A stretch of DNA of 64,000 nt from Candidatus Dormiibacterota bacterium (GTDB lineage Bacteria; Chloroflexota; Dormibacteria; Aeolococcales; Aeolococcaceae), in contig CAVPXI010000014.1 of NCBI GenBank assembly GCA_963709585.1, positions 416,001-480,000 on the forward strand, written 5' to 3'. Positions within the stretch are counted from its first letter, which is position 1; each line of letters starts with the position of its first letter. This document shows positions 30,464-41,473 of the stretch, in pieces. The notes below the pieces were generated by a model. The model searched no databases, was not told where the DNA came from, and saw only the letters and a program-made list of their open reading frames with translations. A program made the position numbers and the translations under genes.

Positions 30464-30676
30464 TTAGACGTAGCGCCTGAACTGCGCAAACGCGCTGTAA
30501 CAGGAGGCCGTGATTCCCAGCAGCAGCCCGATGAGCACGCCGATCGGGCTGGTGTGCAGGAGCGCATCGACGCCGGCGCCGAGGAGGAGCGGCACGATCA
30601 GCGCGACCGCGAAGGACACCCCGATGCCCGCGAGCTCGGCGCCGGACGGCTTGCGGGGCGCCGGCGCGCCGCTCAG
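30464..30676 (-). CDS. AtpZ/AtpI-family small membrane protein, possible CTG start
   Basis: LSGAPAPRKPSGAELAGIGVSFAVALIVPLLLGAGVDALLHTSPIGVLIGLLLGITASCYSAFAQFRRYV*; G..LD....T.P pattern; not in the ORF track. Confidence 0.75.
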   Translation of the reverse strand: MSGAPAPRKPSGAELAGIGVSFAVALIVPLLLGAGVDALLHTSPIGVLIGLLLGITASCYSAFAQFRRYV

Positions 30677-31827
30677 TCGGCCTCGCCGCGGTGATGGATG
30701 TGCGACGGGAGCGCCCGGCGCCCGTCCACCTGCACCTCGCTTTCCTCAGCCGCCACGAAAGGGATGCGTGGAACCCTGCGCCGGTTGCGCCACACCAGCA
30801 CCACCAGCGCGACCACCAGCAGGCCGAGCGCGACGTCGATGATCCGGCGGTGCCCGTAGATGGTGAGCGCCAGGCAGCCGAGGATCCCGGTGACGAGATA
30901 GAAGGTGAGCGCGGTCTCGAGTGGATTCATGCCGACCGCTCGGAGGCGGTGATGGAGGTGCCCCGCGTCCGGAGCCGCCGGGTTCCGGCCGGCGAGCGTG
31001 CGCCGGACGATGGCGAATGCAGTGTCGCCGATCGGGAGGCCGAGAGCGATCAGCGGCACCAGGATCGAGAGTCCGACGACGATCTTGGCGACTCCGAGGA
31101 TGGTGATCACCCCGAGCGCGATGCCGAGGAAGTGCGACCCGGAATCGCCCATGAAGACCCGGGCAGGCGGGAGATTGAAGATGAGAAACCCGAGGCAGCA
31201 GCCCATCAGCGCGCCGCTCAGGATCACCACGCCGCTCTGCACGTCGTTGGGTTCCTGGATCCGGTTGATGGCCGCGAGCAGGCAGACCCCGGCGACGATC
31301 GCCACGACGCCGGCCGCAACGCCGTCGGCGCCGTCGAGCAGGTTCACCGACACCTGCATCCCGACCAGCCAGACGACGGTCACCGGCGCCGCCAGCCACA
31401 TGAGGTCCCACACCGACGCCGCGTGGGCCCCGGGGATGGCGATGGTGGTGATCGTGATGCCGAGCACCACGGTGAGAACGCCCACGCCGACCTCGATGCC
31501 CAGCTTGCTCAGCCAGGAGAGGTCGAGGATGTCGTCCACCGCCATCGCGACCGTGATCGCGCCGGTGACCGCGAGGACCTGCCACTGGTAGGTGATGCTC
31601 GAACCGAAGATGGCGATCGCCACCGCGAACCCGGCGAACATGGCGATGCCGCCGAGACGCGGCGTCGGATTCGGATGGAGGTGGCGATCGCCGTCGGGCT
31701 GGGCCACCGCCTTGGTGCGCCGCGCAAGCCACATCGATCCGGGCACCGCCGCGATGCAGACGGCACTCGCCACCAGGAACGGTGGCAGTGCGTTCAGCCA
31801 GGGCGACGCGACGGCGGCACCGATCAC
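30673..31827 (-). CDS. MraY/WecA/TagO-family polyprenyl-phosphate GlcNAc-1-phosphate transferase
   Basis: PTPRLGGIAM, AVDD, VNLLDGADG, FNLPPARVFMGDSGS, DAGHLHHRL; GTGA overlap with glyA. Confidence 0.92.
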   Translation of the reverse strand: MIGAAVASPWLNALPPFLVASAVCIAAVPGSMWLARRTKAVAQPDGDRHLHPNPTPRLGGIAMFAGFAVAIAIFGSSITYQWQVLAVTGAITVAMAVDDILDLSWLSKLGIEVGVGVLTVVLGITITTIAIPGAHAASVWDLMWLAAPVTVVWLVGMQVSVNLLDGADGVAAGVVAIVAGVCLLAAINRIQEPNDVQSGVVILSGALMGCCLGFLIFNLPPARVFMGDSGSHFLGIALGVITILGVAKIVVGLSILVPLIALGLPIGDTAFAIVRRTLAGRNPAAPDAGHLHHRLRAVGMNPLETALTFYLVTGILGCLALTIYGHRRIIDVALGLLVVALVVLVWRNRRRVPRIPFVAAEESEVQVDGRRALPSHIHHRGEAD

Positions 31828-33146
31828 GCGGTCGAGCGGCCTCGATAGGGCAGCGGGAAGCGCCGGCAGAGGGTGAGGCTCGCCTCGCGAACCTCGTCGC
31901 GGACCGCGGGGTCGTCGAAGCCGCCGAGCATCCGGGCGACCAGCGCCGCGATCTCGTCCATCTCGGCCTCGCCCATCCCGCGTGAGGTCACCGACGGCGA
32001 CCCGAGCCGGATCCCGTTGGGGTTGAAGGGCGATCCCCCGTGCCCCGGGAAGGCGTTGGCGTTGACGGTCACACCCACCTCGTCGAAGGCAGCCTGGACC
32101 GCTCGTCCGCGCAGGCCGGTCGGGCGCAGGTCGATGACCATCAGATGGTTGTCGGTGCCGCCCGTGGTCAGGAGCAGGCCGCGACGGGTCAGGCCCGTCG
32201 CCATCGCCTTGGCATTGGTCACCACCGCCTGGGCGTAGTCGCGGAACGCCGGCTGCGCGCACTGCTTGAACATCACCGCCTTGGCGGCGATCGCGTGCAT
32301 CTGCGGGCCGCCCTGAACGTTCGGGCACGCCGCCTTGTCGACCTGGTCGGCATATTCGGAGCGGCACAGGATGACCCCGCCCCACGGCCCGCGCATGGTC
32401 TTGTGCGTCGTGAGGGTCACGAAGTCGGCGTGCGGGACCGGGCTCGGGTGCGCGCCGCCGGCGACGAGGCCCGCGAAGTGGGCCATGTCCACCATCAGAT
32501 ACGCGCCGACCTCCTGGGCGATCTCCGCGAAGGCCGCGAAGTCGAGGATGCGTGGATACGAGCTGTAGCCGGCAACGATCATCCTGGGGCGGAACTCGAG
32601 GGCGCGCTCGCGCACCGAGCTCATGTCGAGCACGCCGGTCGTCTCGTCGACGAAATACGGCTCGAAGTGATAGATCTTGCCGCTGAAGCTGACCGGGGAG
32701 CCGTGGCTGAGATGGCCGCCCTGGTCGAGCGCCATCCCGAGCACCTTGTCGCCGGGGCTGAGGACGCTCGCGTAGGCGGCCATGTTCGCCTGGGTGCCGG
32801 AGTGGGGCTGGACGTTGGCGTGCTCGGCCCCGAAGAGCGCCTTGGCACGATCGCGAGCGAGGTTCTCCACCTTGTCGACGACCTGGCAGCCGCCGTAGTA
32901 CCGCTTGCCGGGCACGCCCTCGGCGTACTTGTTGTTGAGCCACGAGCCCAGCGCCTCGAGCACGGCCACCGAGGCGAGGTTCTCCGAAGGGATGAGCTCG
33001 AGCGTGTCCTCCTGGCGCTCCAACTCCTCCTCGAGGAGGTCCGCGACCTCGGGATCGGTGGCGCCCAGGGCGGGTTTGTCGTTGAATCCGGCGCCCGCCG
33101 GGACACTCGGACGGATGTCGACATGAGTGCCGGTCACTGCGATCAC
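31824..33146 (-). CDS. glyA: serine hydroxymethyltransferase
   Basis: LELIPSEN, NKYAEG.PGKRYYGGC, GGHLSHG, TTHKTMRGP, QGGP, GTDNHL. Confidence 0.97.
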   Translation of the reverse strand: MIAVTGTHVDIRPSVPAGAGFNDKPALGATDPEVADLLEEELERQEDTLELIPSENLASVAVLEALGSWLNNKYAEGVPGKRYYGGCQVVDKVENLARDRAKALFGAEHANVQPHSGTQANMAAYASVLSPGDKVLGMALDQGGHLSHGSPVSFSGKIYHFEPYFVDETTGVLDMSSVRERALEFRPRMIVAGYSSYPRILDFAAFAEIAQEVGAYLMVDMAHFAGLVAGGAHPSPVPHADFVTLTTHKTMRGPWGGVILCRSEYADQVDKAACPNVQGGPQMHAIAAKAVMFKQCAQPAFRDYAQAVVTNAKAMATGLTRRGLLLTTGGTDNHLMVIDLRPTGLRGRAVQAAFDEVGVTVNANAFPGHGGSPFNPNGIRLGSPSVTSRGMGEAEMDEIAALVARMLGGFDDPAVRDEVREASLTLCRRFPLPYRGRSTA

Positions 33147-33751
33147 TGCCCCTCCGTGGTGGATGCTGGAAAGCCCCCAAGAAGCGAGAGCAACGCGGTG
33201 GCGCTGATCGGGCCGTCGCGCAGCACGCGAGGGGTCGTCGTCGTGCAGTCGATGATAGTCGAGGCAAGTCCGGCCGAGCGACCACCATCGAGAACGCAGT
33301 CGACCTCGGCGCTGAGCGCCGCAGTCACGCCCTCCGCGGTGTCCGGGGCGGGCTCGCCGTGGCGGTTGGCGCTGGTGGTGGCGAGTGGGCCGGTGCGCCG
33401 GAGCAGTTCGAGGGCGATGGGGTGATCCGGAACCCGGACGCTGAGGGTGCTGCCGTCGCGCGGGATCGCCCAGCGCCGGCTGCGCAGCGTGCTCACGATC
33501 GAGAGCGCCCCCGGCCAGTACGCGGCTGCCAGCGTTCGCGCCGCCGGACTCAGATCGACGTCGTCCTCGACGTCAGCCAGGGACGCGGTCAGGAGGGTCA
33601 GCTCGAGCCCATCGGGGCGGCGCTTGATGGCGTAGATGCGGCTCACCGCGGCCGGGTTCGCCGGGTCGCAGGCCAGCCCGTAGACGGTGTCGGTCGGGAT
33701 CGCGATCACGCCACCCCGCCTGATCGCCTGCACCGCGCCGTCGAGGCTCAC
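33143..33751 (-). CDS. tsaC: L-threonylcarbamoyladenylate synthase (Sua5/YrdC)
   Basis: PTDTVYGL, IYAIKRRP, WPGAL, VRVPDHP, TTSANRHG, STIID. Confidence 0.93.
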   Translation of the reverse strand: MSLDGAVQAIRRGGVIAIPTDTVYGLACDPANPAAVSRIYAIKRRPDGLELTLLTASLADVEDDVDLSPAARTLAAAYWPGALSIVSTLRSRRWAIPRDGSTLSVRVPDHPIALELLRRTGPLATTSANRHGEPAPDTAEGVTAALSAEVDCVLDGGRSAGLASTIIDCTTTTPRVLRDGPISATALLSLLGGFPASTTEGQ

Positions 33752-34605
33752 GGCACCTCGACATCGATGACTCGGGTCCGCCCGGTGAGGTCGAGCACGG
33801 GGGACGCAACCGCGCCCGCGAAGGTCGCAGTCGCCAGCGCGGCGACAGCGTCGGCGTGGCCCGGGTCGACCTCGAGCATCACCCGTGCGGTGGTGACCCG
33901 TTCGCGAATCGACGCGAGCAGCGCGTGGTAGGCGTCGAGGCCGTCATCGCCGCCGAGCAAGGCGCCGCGGGGCTCGAAGTCACGCACGTCTCGATCAACG
34001 GCTTCGAGCTCCTCGGTGGTCACGTACGGCGGGTTGCTGACGATGAGGTCGAACCGTCCATCGAGCGCATCCGCCCACGAGCACTCGACGAACGAGACGT
34101 CGACGTCCAGCGCCAGCGCGTTGGCCCGGGCCACGTCGAGCGCCGCGCGTGAAAGGTCCGTCGCGGTCACGCTCATGCCGGGGACCTCGGCGGCGAGCGT
34201 GATCGCGATGCAGCCGCTGCCGGTTCCGAGGTCGGCAACGCGGAGTTCCGCTCCCGGCCGCGCGCGCAGAAAGGCGACAGCGCGCTGGACAAGTGTCTCG
34301 GTATCGGGACGCGGCACCAGCACGTCAGGCGTGACCGCGAACGGCCGGCCGTAGAACTCACGAGTGCCGGTGATGTACGCGACCGGTTCACCCTTCCCTC
34401 GGCGCCTGACCAGTTCCCGGATCGATGTCAACTCCCCGGCGTCGAGGGGGCGGTCGAACTGCAGGTACAGGTCGATGCGGCGCAGCCCGAGCGCCTGCGC
34501 GCAGAGCAGCTCGGAGTTGAGGCGCGCCGACGTGCTGCCGTGGTCGCCGAGGTACGTCGTGCTCAGACGGAGCACGTCGATGAGCGTTGGAGGGGTCGAC
34601 GCCAC
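33748..34605 (-). CDS. prmC: release factor glutamine methyltransferase (alternative start 34632)
   Basis: GEPVAYITG, VLVPRPDTE, DLGTGSGCIA, SNPPY. Confidence 0.95.
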   Translation of the reverse strand: MASTPPTLIDVLRLSTTYLGDHGSTSARLNSELLCAQALGLRRIDLYLQFDRPLDAGELTSIRELVRRRGKGEPVAYITGTREFYGRPFAVTPDVLVPRPDTETLVQRAVAFLRARPGAELRVADLGTGSGCIAITLAAEVPGMSVTATDLSRAALDVARANALALDVDVSFVECSWADALDGRFDLIVSNPPYVTTEELEAVDRDVRDFEPRGALLGGDDGLDAYHALLASIRERVTTARVMLEVDPGHADAVAALATATFAGAVASPVLDLTGRTRVIDVEVP

Positions 34606-34606
34606 C

Positions 34607-35722
<1,116 letters not shown>

Positions 35723-35732
35723 GGCAACTGTC

Positions 35733-36635
35733 TCAGCGCGGTCCGGACGCCTCGAAGACGACGCTGTCACCCGCGCGAGCCGCATCGAGTGCCGCAATCG
35801 CGACCTCGATCTGCGCATCGGCGGGACGGCGTGTGCTCAGCAACTGGGTTCCGAGCACCGGCGCCAGAGCGATCCGGCCCGGCAGGGTGGTGCGGATCTT
35901 GACGAGCGCGCGAATGATCTCGTAGGACACGGCCGCGACCAGGGGCACCAGCACGACCTGACAGACAAGCCGCACCGCGGTGGGCAGCAGGCCAAGTGGT
36001 GCAAAGACGCCGACACTCACCAGTGCGACGACGACGAGAAACCCCGTGCCGCAGCGGGGATGGAGGCGGCTGCGCTCGCGAACATGCGCAACGTCAATGG
36101 CGTCGCCGGACTCGAGCGCGTTTATCGCCATGTGCTCCGCGCCGTGGTACTGAAAGAGCCGGCGGACATTCGGAATCATGCCGATCAGGAGCAGGTACAG
36201 GATCAGGATCGCGGCGCGAATCACGCCCTCGATGAGCACCGCGCTGATCGACTGCGTCGCGCCGTGGTGCAGCAGCCCACCGAGCAGCAGTGGGACGCCG
36301 ATGAACAACGCAAGCGCGAAGACGAGCGACGCGATCATGGCGCCGCGAATCGCGCCCTCACCGATCTCCGCGTCCTGGCCGAGCTGCACGAGCGCCGACC
36401 ACTGCAGCGCGCGCATGCCCAGGTGGATGGTCTCGTAGAGGCCGGCGACGCCGCGAAGAAACGGGCGGCGCCAGACGCTTGCGGTGTAGACGCGCGAGCG
36501 CAACACATCGGTGCACACGGCGATCTCGCCGTTCGGCTTGCGCGCCGCAATCGCGTAGCGATCCCTGCCGCGCATGAGCACGCCTTCGATGACCGCCTGG
36601 CCGCCGTAGAAGAAGGTGGCAGGCGGTGCGCTCAC
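35733..36635 (-). CDS. DUF1385 membrane protein
   Basis: [36 protein letters not shown]; usual neighbour of prfA/prmC. Confidence 0.9.
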   Translation of the reverse strand: MSAPPATFFYGGQAVIEGVLMRGRDRYAIAARKPNGEIAVCTDVLRSRVYTASVWRRPFLRGVAGLYETIHLGMRALQWSALVQLGQDAEIGEGAIRGAMIASLVFALALFIGVPLLLGGLLHHGATQSISAVLIEGVIRAAILILYLLLIGMIPNVRRLFQYHGAEHMAINALESGDAIDVAHVRERSRLHPRCGTGFLVVVALVSVGVFAPLGLLPTAVRLVCQVVLVPLVAAVSYEIIRALVKIRTTLPGRIALAPVLGTQLLSTRRPADAQIEVAIAALDAARAGDSVVFEASGPR

Positions 36636-36746
36636 CGCGTTGATTGCAACCGTGAGTAGGAGATCGCGGCAGCGCCGGGCTCTAAGCATGATCGGCATGC
36701 TAGTTGTAGTACCCAGATCGTGGGAAAGGCGGTCAGCTCCGCACAG

Positions 36747-36787
36747 TGGACAATCCTGACGGATCGTACTATTATGACGGAATGTCA
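36747..36787 (+). promoter_or_regulatory. sigma70 promoter for a leaderless TA transcript, with candidate operators
   Basis: TGGACA-N17-TATTAT-N6-ATG; TGACGGA direct repeat (36757, 36775); TGAC-N5-GTCA palindrome over the start codon. Confidence 0.7.
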
Positions 36788-37066
36788 GAAACGATCATCT
36801 CAGCGAGCGACGTGCGAATCCCGAACGCCGGCAGGGAGGCGCTGGCCCGCCATCAGCCCGTTGTCGTGCAGAGTCATGGCCGCGCGACGATCTACATGCT
36901 CCACCCCGCTGAGTACGAGGCAGTCAGCGGGCTGCTTGAGCGTCGTCGTCATGGTCAGCCCGTGTCTGTCGATCAGCTTCTCGACAACGAGGATTTGGAT
37001 CTGCTTCGAGAAGAGCGTGCAGCGGACCGGGACTTGGCGCAAGGGATCGTGGAAAGCTGGCTCTAA
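36782..37066 (+). CDS. putative Phd/YefM-like antitoxin
   Basis: IISASDVR...PVVVQSHGRATIYMLHPAEYEAV Phd-like pattern; acidic C-terminus. Confidence 0.65.
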   Translation: MSETIISASDVRIPNAGREALARHQPVVVQSHGRATIYMLHPAEYEAVSGLLERRRHGQPVSVDQLLDNEDLDLLREERAADRDLAQGIVESWL

Positions 37067-37609
37067 ATGCCAGCTGCGAGCTCCCACCTCACGCGTGGCT
37101 CGGTCTGTCTAGCCCTCTATCCATTTACGCCTGGATTCCCCGTCGACGCGTTGCTGCCCAGCGCCGAGGCCGAGTTTTCCAAGCTCGCGCAATATGACTC
37201 GATTGAGGACTTCCAAGCGGACATTGCTCCCGGCGATGTGCCGCGCATTCTGGTATCGGTCAAGCTTCGCCGGATTCTTCTCCTTCAAGACGGAACGTCC
37301 GAATCCCGTGAGGACGTAATGGCGGCGCGCATCAACTCCGTCGATCAGGCGATGCCCACGAAGAAGCCGGGACTGTATCGGCGGCTCGTCAGCGGGACCC
37401 ACCCAATCTTCTATCTGATCGGCGGCGAAGCGAGCCATGGGACGTCGGGCAAAGCCGCATACGTCAACGCGATGTTCGTGTCTCCGGTCGCCAAGAAAGC
37501 AATTCTCCGGCGGGTGGGTCAGCTGACCCCAGACCAAATGCGTGACGTGTCAGAACGCATCGTCACCTGCCTCGAGCTGGATATCTCGGGACTGCTCTCG
37601 CGGCCTTAA
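37067..37609 (+). CDS. putative MazF/PemK-like toxin with large insertion
   Basis: RGSVCLALYPF, KLRRILLLQ, AARINS, VSPVAKKAILRRVGQLTPDQMRDVSERIVTCLEL; abuts antitoxin stop. Confidence 0.65.
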   Translation: MPAASSHLTRGSVCLALYPFTPGFPVDALLPSAEAEFSKLAQYDSIEDFQADIAPGDVPRILVSVKLRRILLLQDGTSESREDVMAARINSVDQAMPTKKPGLYRRLVSGTHPIFYLIGGEASHGTSGKAAYVNAMFVSPVAKKAILRRVGQLTPDQMRDVSERIVTCLELDISGLLSRP

Positions 37610-37636
37610 GCACGCACCGGCTATCGGAGGGGCCGG

Positions 37637-37849
37637 TCAGGCTTTCTTGGCTTGCTCGGCGCGGCGGCGGAAGCGCTCGACCTGGCCGCCGGTGTCGACG
37701 ATGCGCTGGGTCCCGGTGAAGAAGGGATGGCACACCGAGCACACCTCGGTCTTCAGCTCGGTGAGCGTCGAGCCGGTGGTGAAGGTGTTGCCGCACAGGC
37801 AATGAACTTCAGCGTCGACGTGGTAGACGGGATGGATCGCAGCTTTCAT
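37637..37849 (-). CDS. rpmE: 50S ribosomal protein L31 (Zn-binding type)
   Basis: [30 protein letters not shown]. Confidence 0.97.
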   Translation of the reverse strand: MKAAIHPVYHVDAEVHCLCGNTFTTGSTLTELKTEVCSVCHPFFTGTQRIVDTGGQVERFRRRAEQAKKA

Positions 37850-37906
37850 GGGGCGCCTTGGTTCACTCGGAAGAGACGAGTTCACGATACCACGCCCGCG
37901 ACGAGC

Positions 37907-39163
37907 TCAATCCAGGGCCATCGCCACCGGCCGGGTGAAGTTGCCGTGGGTCACGCCGGGGAGCCGGTCGACCAGGTCCTGATACGCCGCCGCGAGGCCG
38001 ATCCCGTCGTCGGGGAGCAACCCGCGCGCGGCCAGCACGTCGACGAGCCAGTCGTGGTCGCAGTTCAGCGAGCGCCACTGAATCTGACCCGCGCCCATCT
38101 CCGCGACGGCGCCGGCGGTTCGGTCGAGCTCAGCGCGCGAGTTGGTCAGGCCGGGGAAGGTGAGCAGGTTCAGGCACACCTGGCCGCCGGCGCGGGACAT
38201 CACCCGGCCGCACTCGATGACGTCCTCGATCGAGTATCCGACCGGGCGGTAGTACGCGCGGAACACCGGGTCGGTGAACGAGATGGCGCTGATCCGGACG
38301 CTGTTGCAGCCCGCGTCGATGAGCCCCTGGAGCACCTGCGGGCGGCTGCCGTTCGTATTGACGTGAATGGTCGCCTCCGGATGGTCCTTGCGGATCATCG
38401 CGACCGCTCGGGCCAGGACGTCGTCACGCGTCAGCGGTTCGCCCTCGCACCCCTGGCCGAATGACACGATCCCCGCGTCGGAACCGCCGAGATGGAATGA
38501 CGCCATGCCGGCAAGCTCGTTCGCAGTGGGCGCGAAGCGCATCCGGGGCTGCGGAGCGGGTGCCTGACCGTCGGTCTGTAGCGAGATGCAGCCGAGGCAG
38601 TCGGCGTTGCAAGCGGGCGATGCGGGCAGCGCGCCCTCGTAGCGCCGCAGGAAGGTGTTCTGTGCTGTGTAGCAGCGGAGGTCCGTGGCGCAGATGGCAA
38701 GGTGGTCGACGAGCCGGTTGCCCGGCAGCGCCTGGCGTGCGCTCTCGATCGCCGCATCGAGCCCGCCACCGGAGTACCGGCCTGGTTCCCACCAGCCGAA
38801 TGCGTCGGTGCTCAGTGCCGCGACCATGAGCTCGTCGTGGTGCTCCACCACCGCCGCGTATCCATAGAGAGGAAGCCGCCGGCTCCCCGGCAGCGGGCGG
38901 GACGCGGGCAGGAGGGTGCGGAGATAGCCGACCGGGAGCACCGCGGCAACGGGGAGCAGGTCCGCCTCGACGTCGACCGGCCGATCCTTGGAGTTGAGGG
39001 CCAGCGCCCGCCGCCCCGGCAGGTGCATCAGTGTGGTGCCCTCGGGCAGTGGGATCATCTGGGCAGCGTCGAGCTTGACCAGCTTTCCCCCGGCGCGGGC
39101 TGCGGGGCGGAACCCTCCGAGGACTTCGATCTCGCCGTCGGGGCGAGCGACGATGGGGCGCAT
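37907..39163 (-). CDS. uncharacterised radical SAM protein
   Basis: CNADCLGC, SFGQGCEGEPL, NTNGS. Confidence 0.9.
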   Translation of the reverse strand: MRPIVARPDGEIEVLGGFRPAARAGGKLVKLDAAQMIPLPEGTTLMHLPGRRALALNSKDRPVDVEADLLPVAAVLPVGYLRTLLPASRPLPGSRRLPLYGYAAVVEHHDELMVAALSTDAFGWWEPGRYSGGGLDAAIESARQALPGNRLVDHLAICATDLRCYTAQNTFLRRYEGALPASPACNADCLGCISLQTDGQAPAPQPRMRFAPTANELAGMASFHLGGSDAGIVSFGQGCEGEPLTRDDVLARAVAMIRKDHPEATIHVNTNGSRPQVLQGLIDAGCNSVRISAISFTDPVFRAYYRPVGYSIEDVIECGRVMSRAGGQVCLNLLTFPGLTNSRAELDRTAGAVAEMGAGQIQWRSLNCDHDWLVDVLAARGLLPDDGIGLAAAYQDLVDRLPGVTHGNFTRPVAMALD

Positions 39164-39225
39164 CCCCCGATTCTCCCCCAGCGCCGCTCAGGTGAACCTC
39201 CGGCGCGGCGAATCCAGCTCTCGGG

Positions 39226-39492
39226 CTACTTCTCGATGTAGGTGGTCACCGGGGGGATGACGCCGTGGCTCTGCATCAAGGCAACTGTTTCGGGTGAGGG
39301 CGAGTTCACCATCGCCTGCGCACCCTCCACGTCGGTGACGTCGGCGGTGATGGCGACGTTGTTGCTCCCATCGGCCGCGACGTGGTCCTTCACGTTCGTG
39401 GCGACCGAGCCAATTGCCGCGGCACGCTCGTCCTTGCCCTTGAGCCAGCGTTCAACATCGGCGACAGCGTGGGTCATGACCAGTCTGGGCAT
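39226..39492 (-). CDS. small conserved hypothetical protein
   Basis: AAGGAGG RBS; H.V.DVERWL...M..HGVIPP. Confidence 0.75.
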   Translation of the reverse strand: MPRLVMTHAVADVERWLKGKDERAAAIGSVATNVKDHVAADGSNNVAITADVTDVEGAQAMVNSPSPETVALMQSHGVIPPVTTYIEK

Positions 39493-39639
39493 GGCAAACC
39501 TCCTTCGGGGACCCTCGGAGGGTCTTGGCGAGGATGCCGACCCTACCGAGTGCGCGCAATTATGCGTGTTCGGCTTGGGCAAGAAACGGCCACCCGTTCG
39601 CGCACCCTGACCGACGCCTGGCCGACCCGGTTCGTCAGA

Positions 39640-39972
39640 TCAGACGGAGCGGCGCTGGCACCCACCGACAACCGCGACGGAGCCGGCGCCAATTGCGAAG
39701 AGCAGGCAGATCATCACGCCGACAATTGAGATGGTCGTGATGGCACCCACAAGGCCCGAGAGGAGCAATCCGGCGATGACCACGGCGCCCAGGAAGGTCG
39801 CCAGAGTCATCCAGTAGGTCGATGGTGTGACCCACGTCGTCCGCAACGTCCCGCTGGGTGGCTTGGAGAACATGGCGACCATGAACGCATCGGCGACTGG
39901 GATCACCGCGGAGCCGAATCGGTCTGGGGGCGGGACTGGGGAATCGGGAACGCGCGTGAAGGCGTTGGGCAT
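39640..39972 (-). CDS. small membrane hypothetical protein
   Basis: Two TM segments; TACCCT-N6-ATG leaderless-like start. Confidence 0.55.
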   Translation of the reverse strand: MPNAFTRVPDSPVPPPDRFGSAVIPVADAFMVAMFSKPPSGTLRTTWVTPSTYWMTLATFLGAVVIAGLLLSGLVGAITTISIVGVMICLLFAIGAGSVAVVGGCQRRSV

Positions 39973-39984
39973 CGACCCAGGGTA

Positions 39985-40944
39985 TTACGCGGCGGCAAGC
40001 TCGTCCGGGATCGCGGTCACAACGTAACTGGATCCGGCGCGCAGCACCCGGATGACCAGGAAGCGCTCGATCGGACCGTCGACCATGAGGCGCTGCAGGT
40101 CGCGAGGGCTCTCGATCGGCCTTCCGTCGACCTCGATGATGATGTCGCCGGGGCGAAGGCCGGCGGACTCGGCGGGGCTCCCCTTGATGACCTCGACAAC
40201 CTCGAGACCCTTGCCACGGCCGACTTCCCCCGCCCAGCGCGGCGGGATCGGACGGGAGACCCCGGCGACCCCGAGGTGCGCGCGCCGGACCCGCCCGTTG
40301 CGGACCAGCGCGCCGATGATCCGCTCGGTGGTCGCGTTGACCGGAACCGCAAGACCGAGGCCGGTGCCCGCGAGCGCGGTGTTGATTCCGACGACGCGCC
40401 CCGCCGAATCGGCGAGCGCACCCCCCGAGTTGCCGGGGTTGAGCGCGGCGTCGGTCTGGATCACGTCGTCGATGACCCGGACCTGGGAGCCGGACCGGGT
40501 GGGCAGCGACCGGCCGAGGGCGCTCACGACGCCCGCCGTGACGCTGCCGGCAAGGCCGAGAGGATTGCCGATGGCCACCACCAACTGACCAACCCGGAGC
40601 GTGGACGCGTCGCCGAGCCGCGCGGGCTCAAGATCTCCGTGTTCGGCGACCAGCACCGCGAGGTCGGAGAGCGGGTCCCGCCCCTGAACGCGGAAGCGAA
40701 GCTGGCGCCCGTCGGCGAGGTCGAGCCTGCCGCCGTCGCCTCCGGCGACCACGTGTGCGGAGGTGACCAGGTAGCCGTCGGAGCTCAGCGCAACCGCCGA
40801 TCCACTCCCGAGCGGGGCGCCGCGCCTCGCGCTCGAGGTGACCTGCACCGCCGCGACCGACGGCGCGAGCGCCGCGGCTACCTGGGTGAGCGTGCGCGAG
40901 TACGCGTCGAGCGCCTCGCCGTCATCGCTCGGGTCAGGCGACAT
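39985..40944 (-). CDS. trypsin-like serine protease with PDZ (HtrA/DegP family), no signal peptide
   Basis: GSGS, VTSAHVV, DPLSDLAV, AIGNPLG, QTDAALNPGNSGG, PDZ GSPAESAGLRPGD. Confidence 0.93.
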   Translation of the reverse strand: MSPDPSDDGEALDAYSRTLTQVAAALAPSVAAVQVTSSARRGAPLGSGSAVALSSDGYLVTSAHVVAGGDGGRLDLADGRQLRFRVQGRDPLSDLAVLVAEHGDLEPARLGDASTLRVGQLVVAIGNPLGLAGSVTAGVVSALGRSLPTRSGSQVRVIDDVIQTDAALNPGNSGGALADSAGRVVGINTALAGTGLGLAVPVNATTERIIGALVRNGRVRRAHLGVAGVSRPIPPRWAGEVGRGKGLEVVEVIKGSPAESAGLRPGDIIIEVDGRPIESPRDLQRLMVDGPIERFLVIRVLRAGSSYVVTAIPDELAAA

Positions 40945-41473
40945 CGGGACCTTCGGCCCGCGCCTTCTGGACGGCAGTCAGCGCACCGCGCAGGCTCTCG
41001 ATCCACTCGGATTGATGCTGTCCCACGAGGCGCACGCACCAGGCCAGCGCTTCACTACGACTGCGGGCGACGCCCGATTCGATCAGGGTGTCGAGCACCC
41101 GGCGGTCCTGGAGCCGGAGCCGGGTCATGACCGGGACCCCGAGGGTGGTGAACAACTCTTCGACGCCGCCGCAGCGGGCTCCCCAGGAGACCTTGCGACC
41201 GAAGAGGCGCTCGGCGTCACGGGCGACCTTGACGCGGGCATCGCGGGTGTCGCCCCGGAAGCGCGCGATCCGGGCGCTGCGAGCAGCGGCGCGGGTGCCT
41301 TCGGCGGCGTCAGCGGGCAACTCGGGTTCGTCGATCTCGCCGACGATCAGGATCTCGTCGGGATCGGAGCTGATGGTTGGGGCAGACTTGTAGAGCCCCT
41401 CGGGCAGGCGGCCGGCGAACCAGCCGGAGACTTCCTCGTCGGTGAGCGGGTCGGGAGTGCTGTGTCCTTTCAT
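40934..41473 (-). CDS. conserved hypothetical protein with C-terminal ribbon-helix-helix-like segment
   Basis: GWFAGRLP, FGRKVSWG, VPVMTRL...VLDTLIESGVARSRSEALAWCV. Confidence 0.8.
   Translation of the reverse strand: MKGHSTPDPLTDEEVSGWFAGRLPEGLYKSAPTISSDPDEILIVGEIDEPELPADAAEGTRAAARSARIARFRGDTRDARVKVARDAERLFGRKVSWGARCGGVEELFTTLGVPVMTRLRLQDRRVLDTLIESGVARSRSEALAWCVRLVGQHQSEWIESLRGALTAVQKARAEGPDVA

Noticed and set aside
30673-33288. 871-aa ORF suggesting a large fusion
   Set aside because: The upstream part is an off-frame shadow of glyA; the transferase starts at 31827
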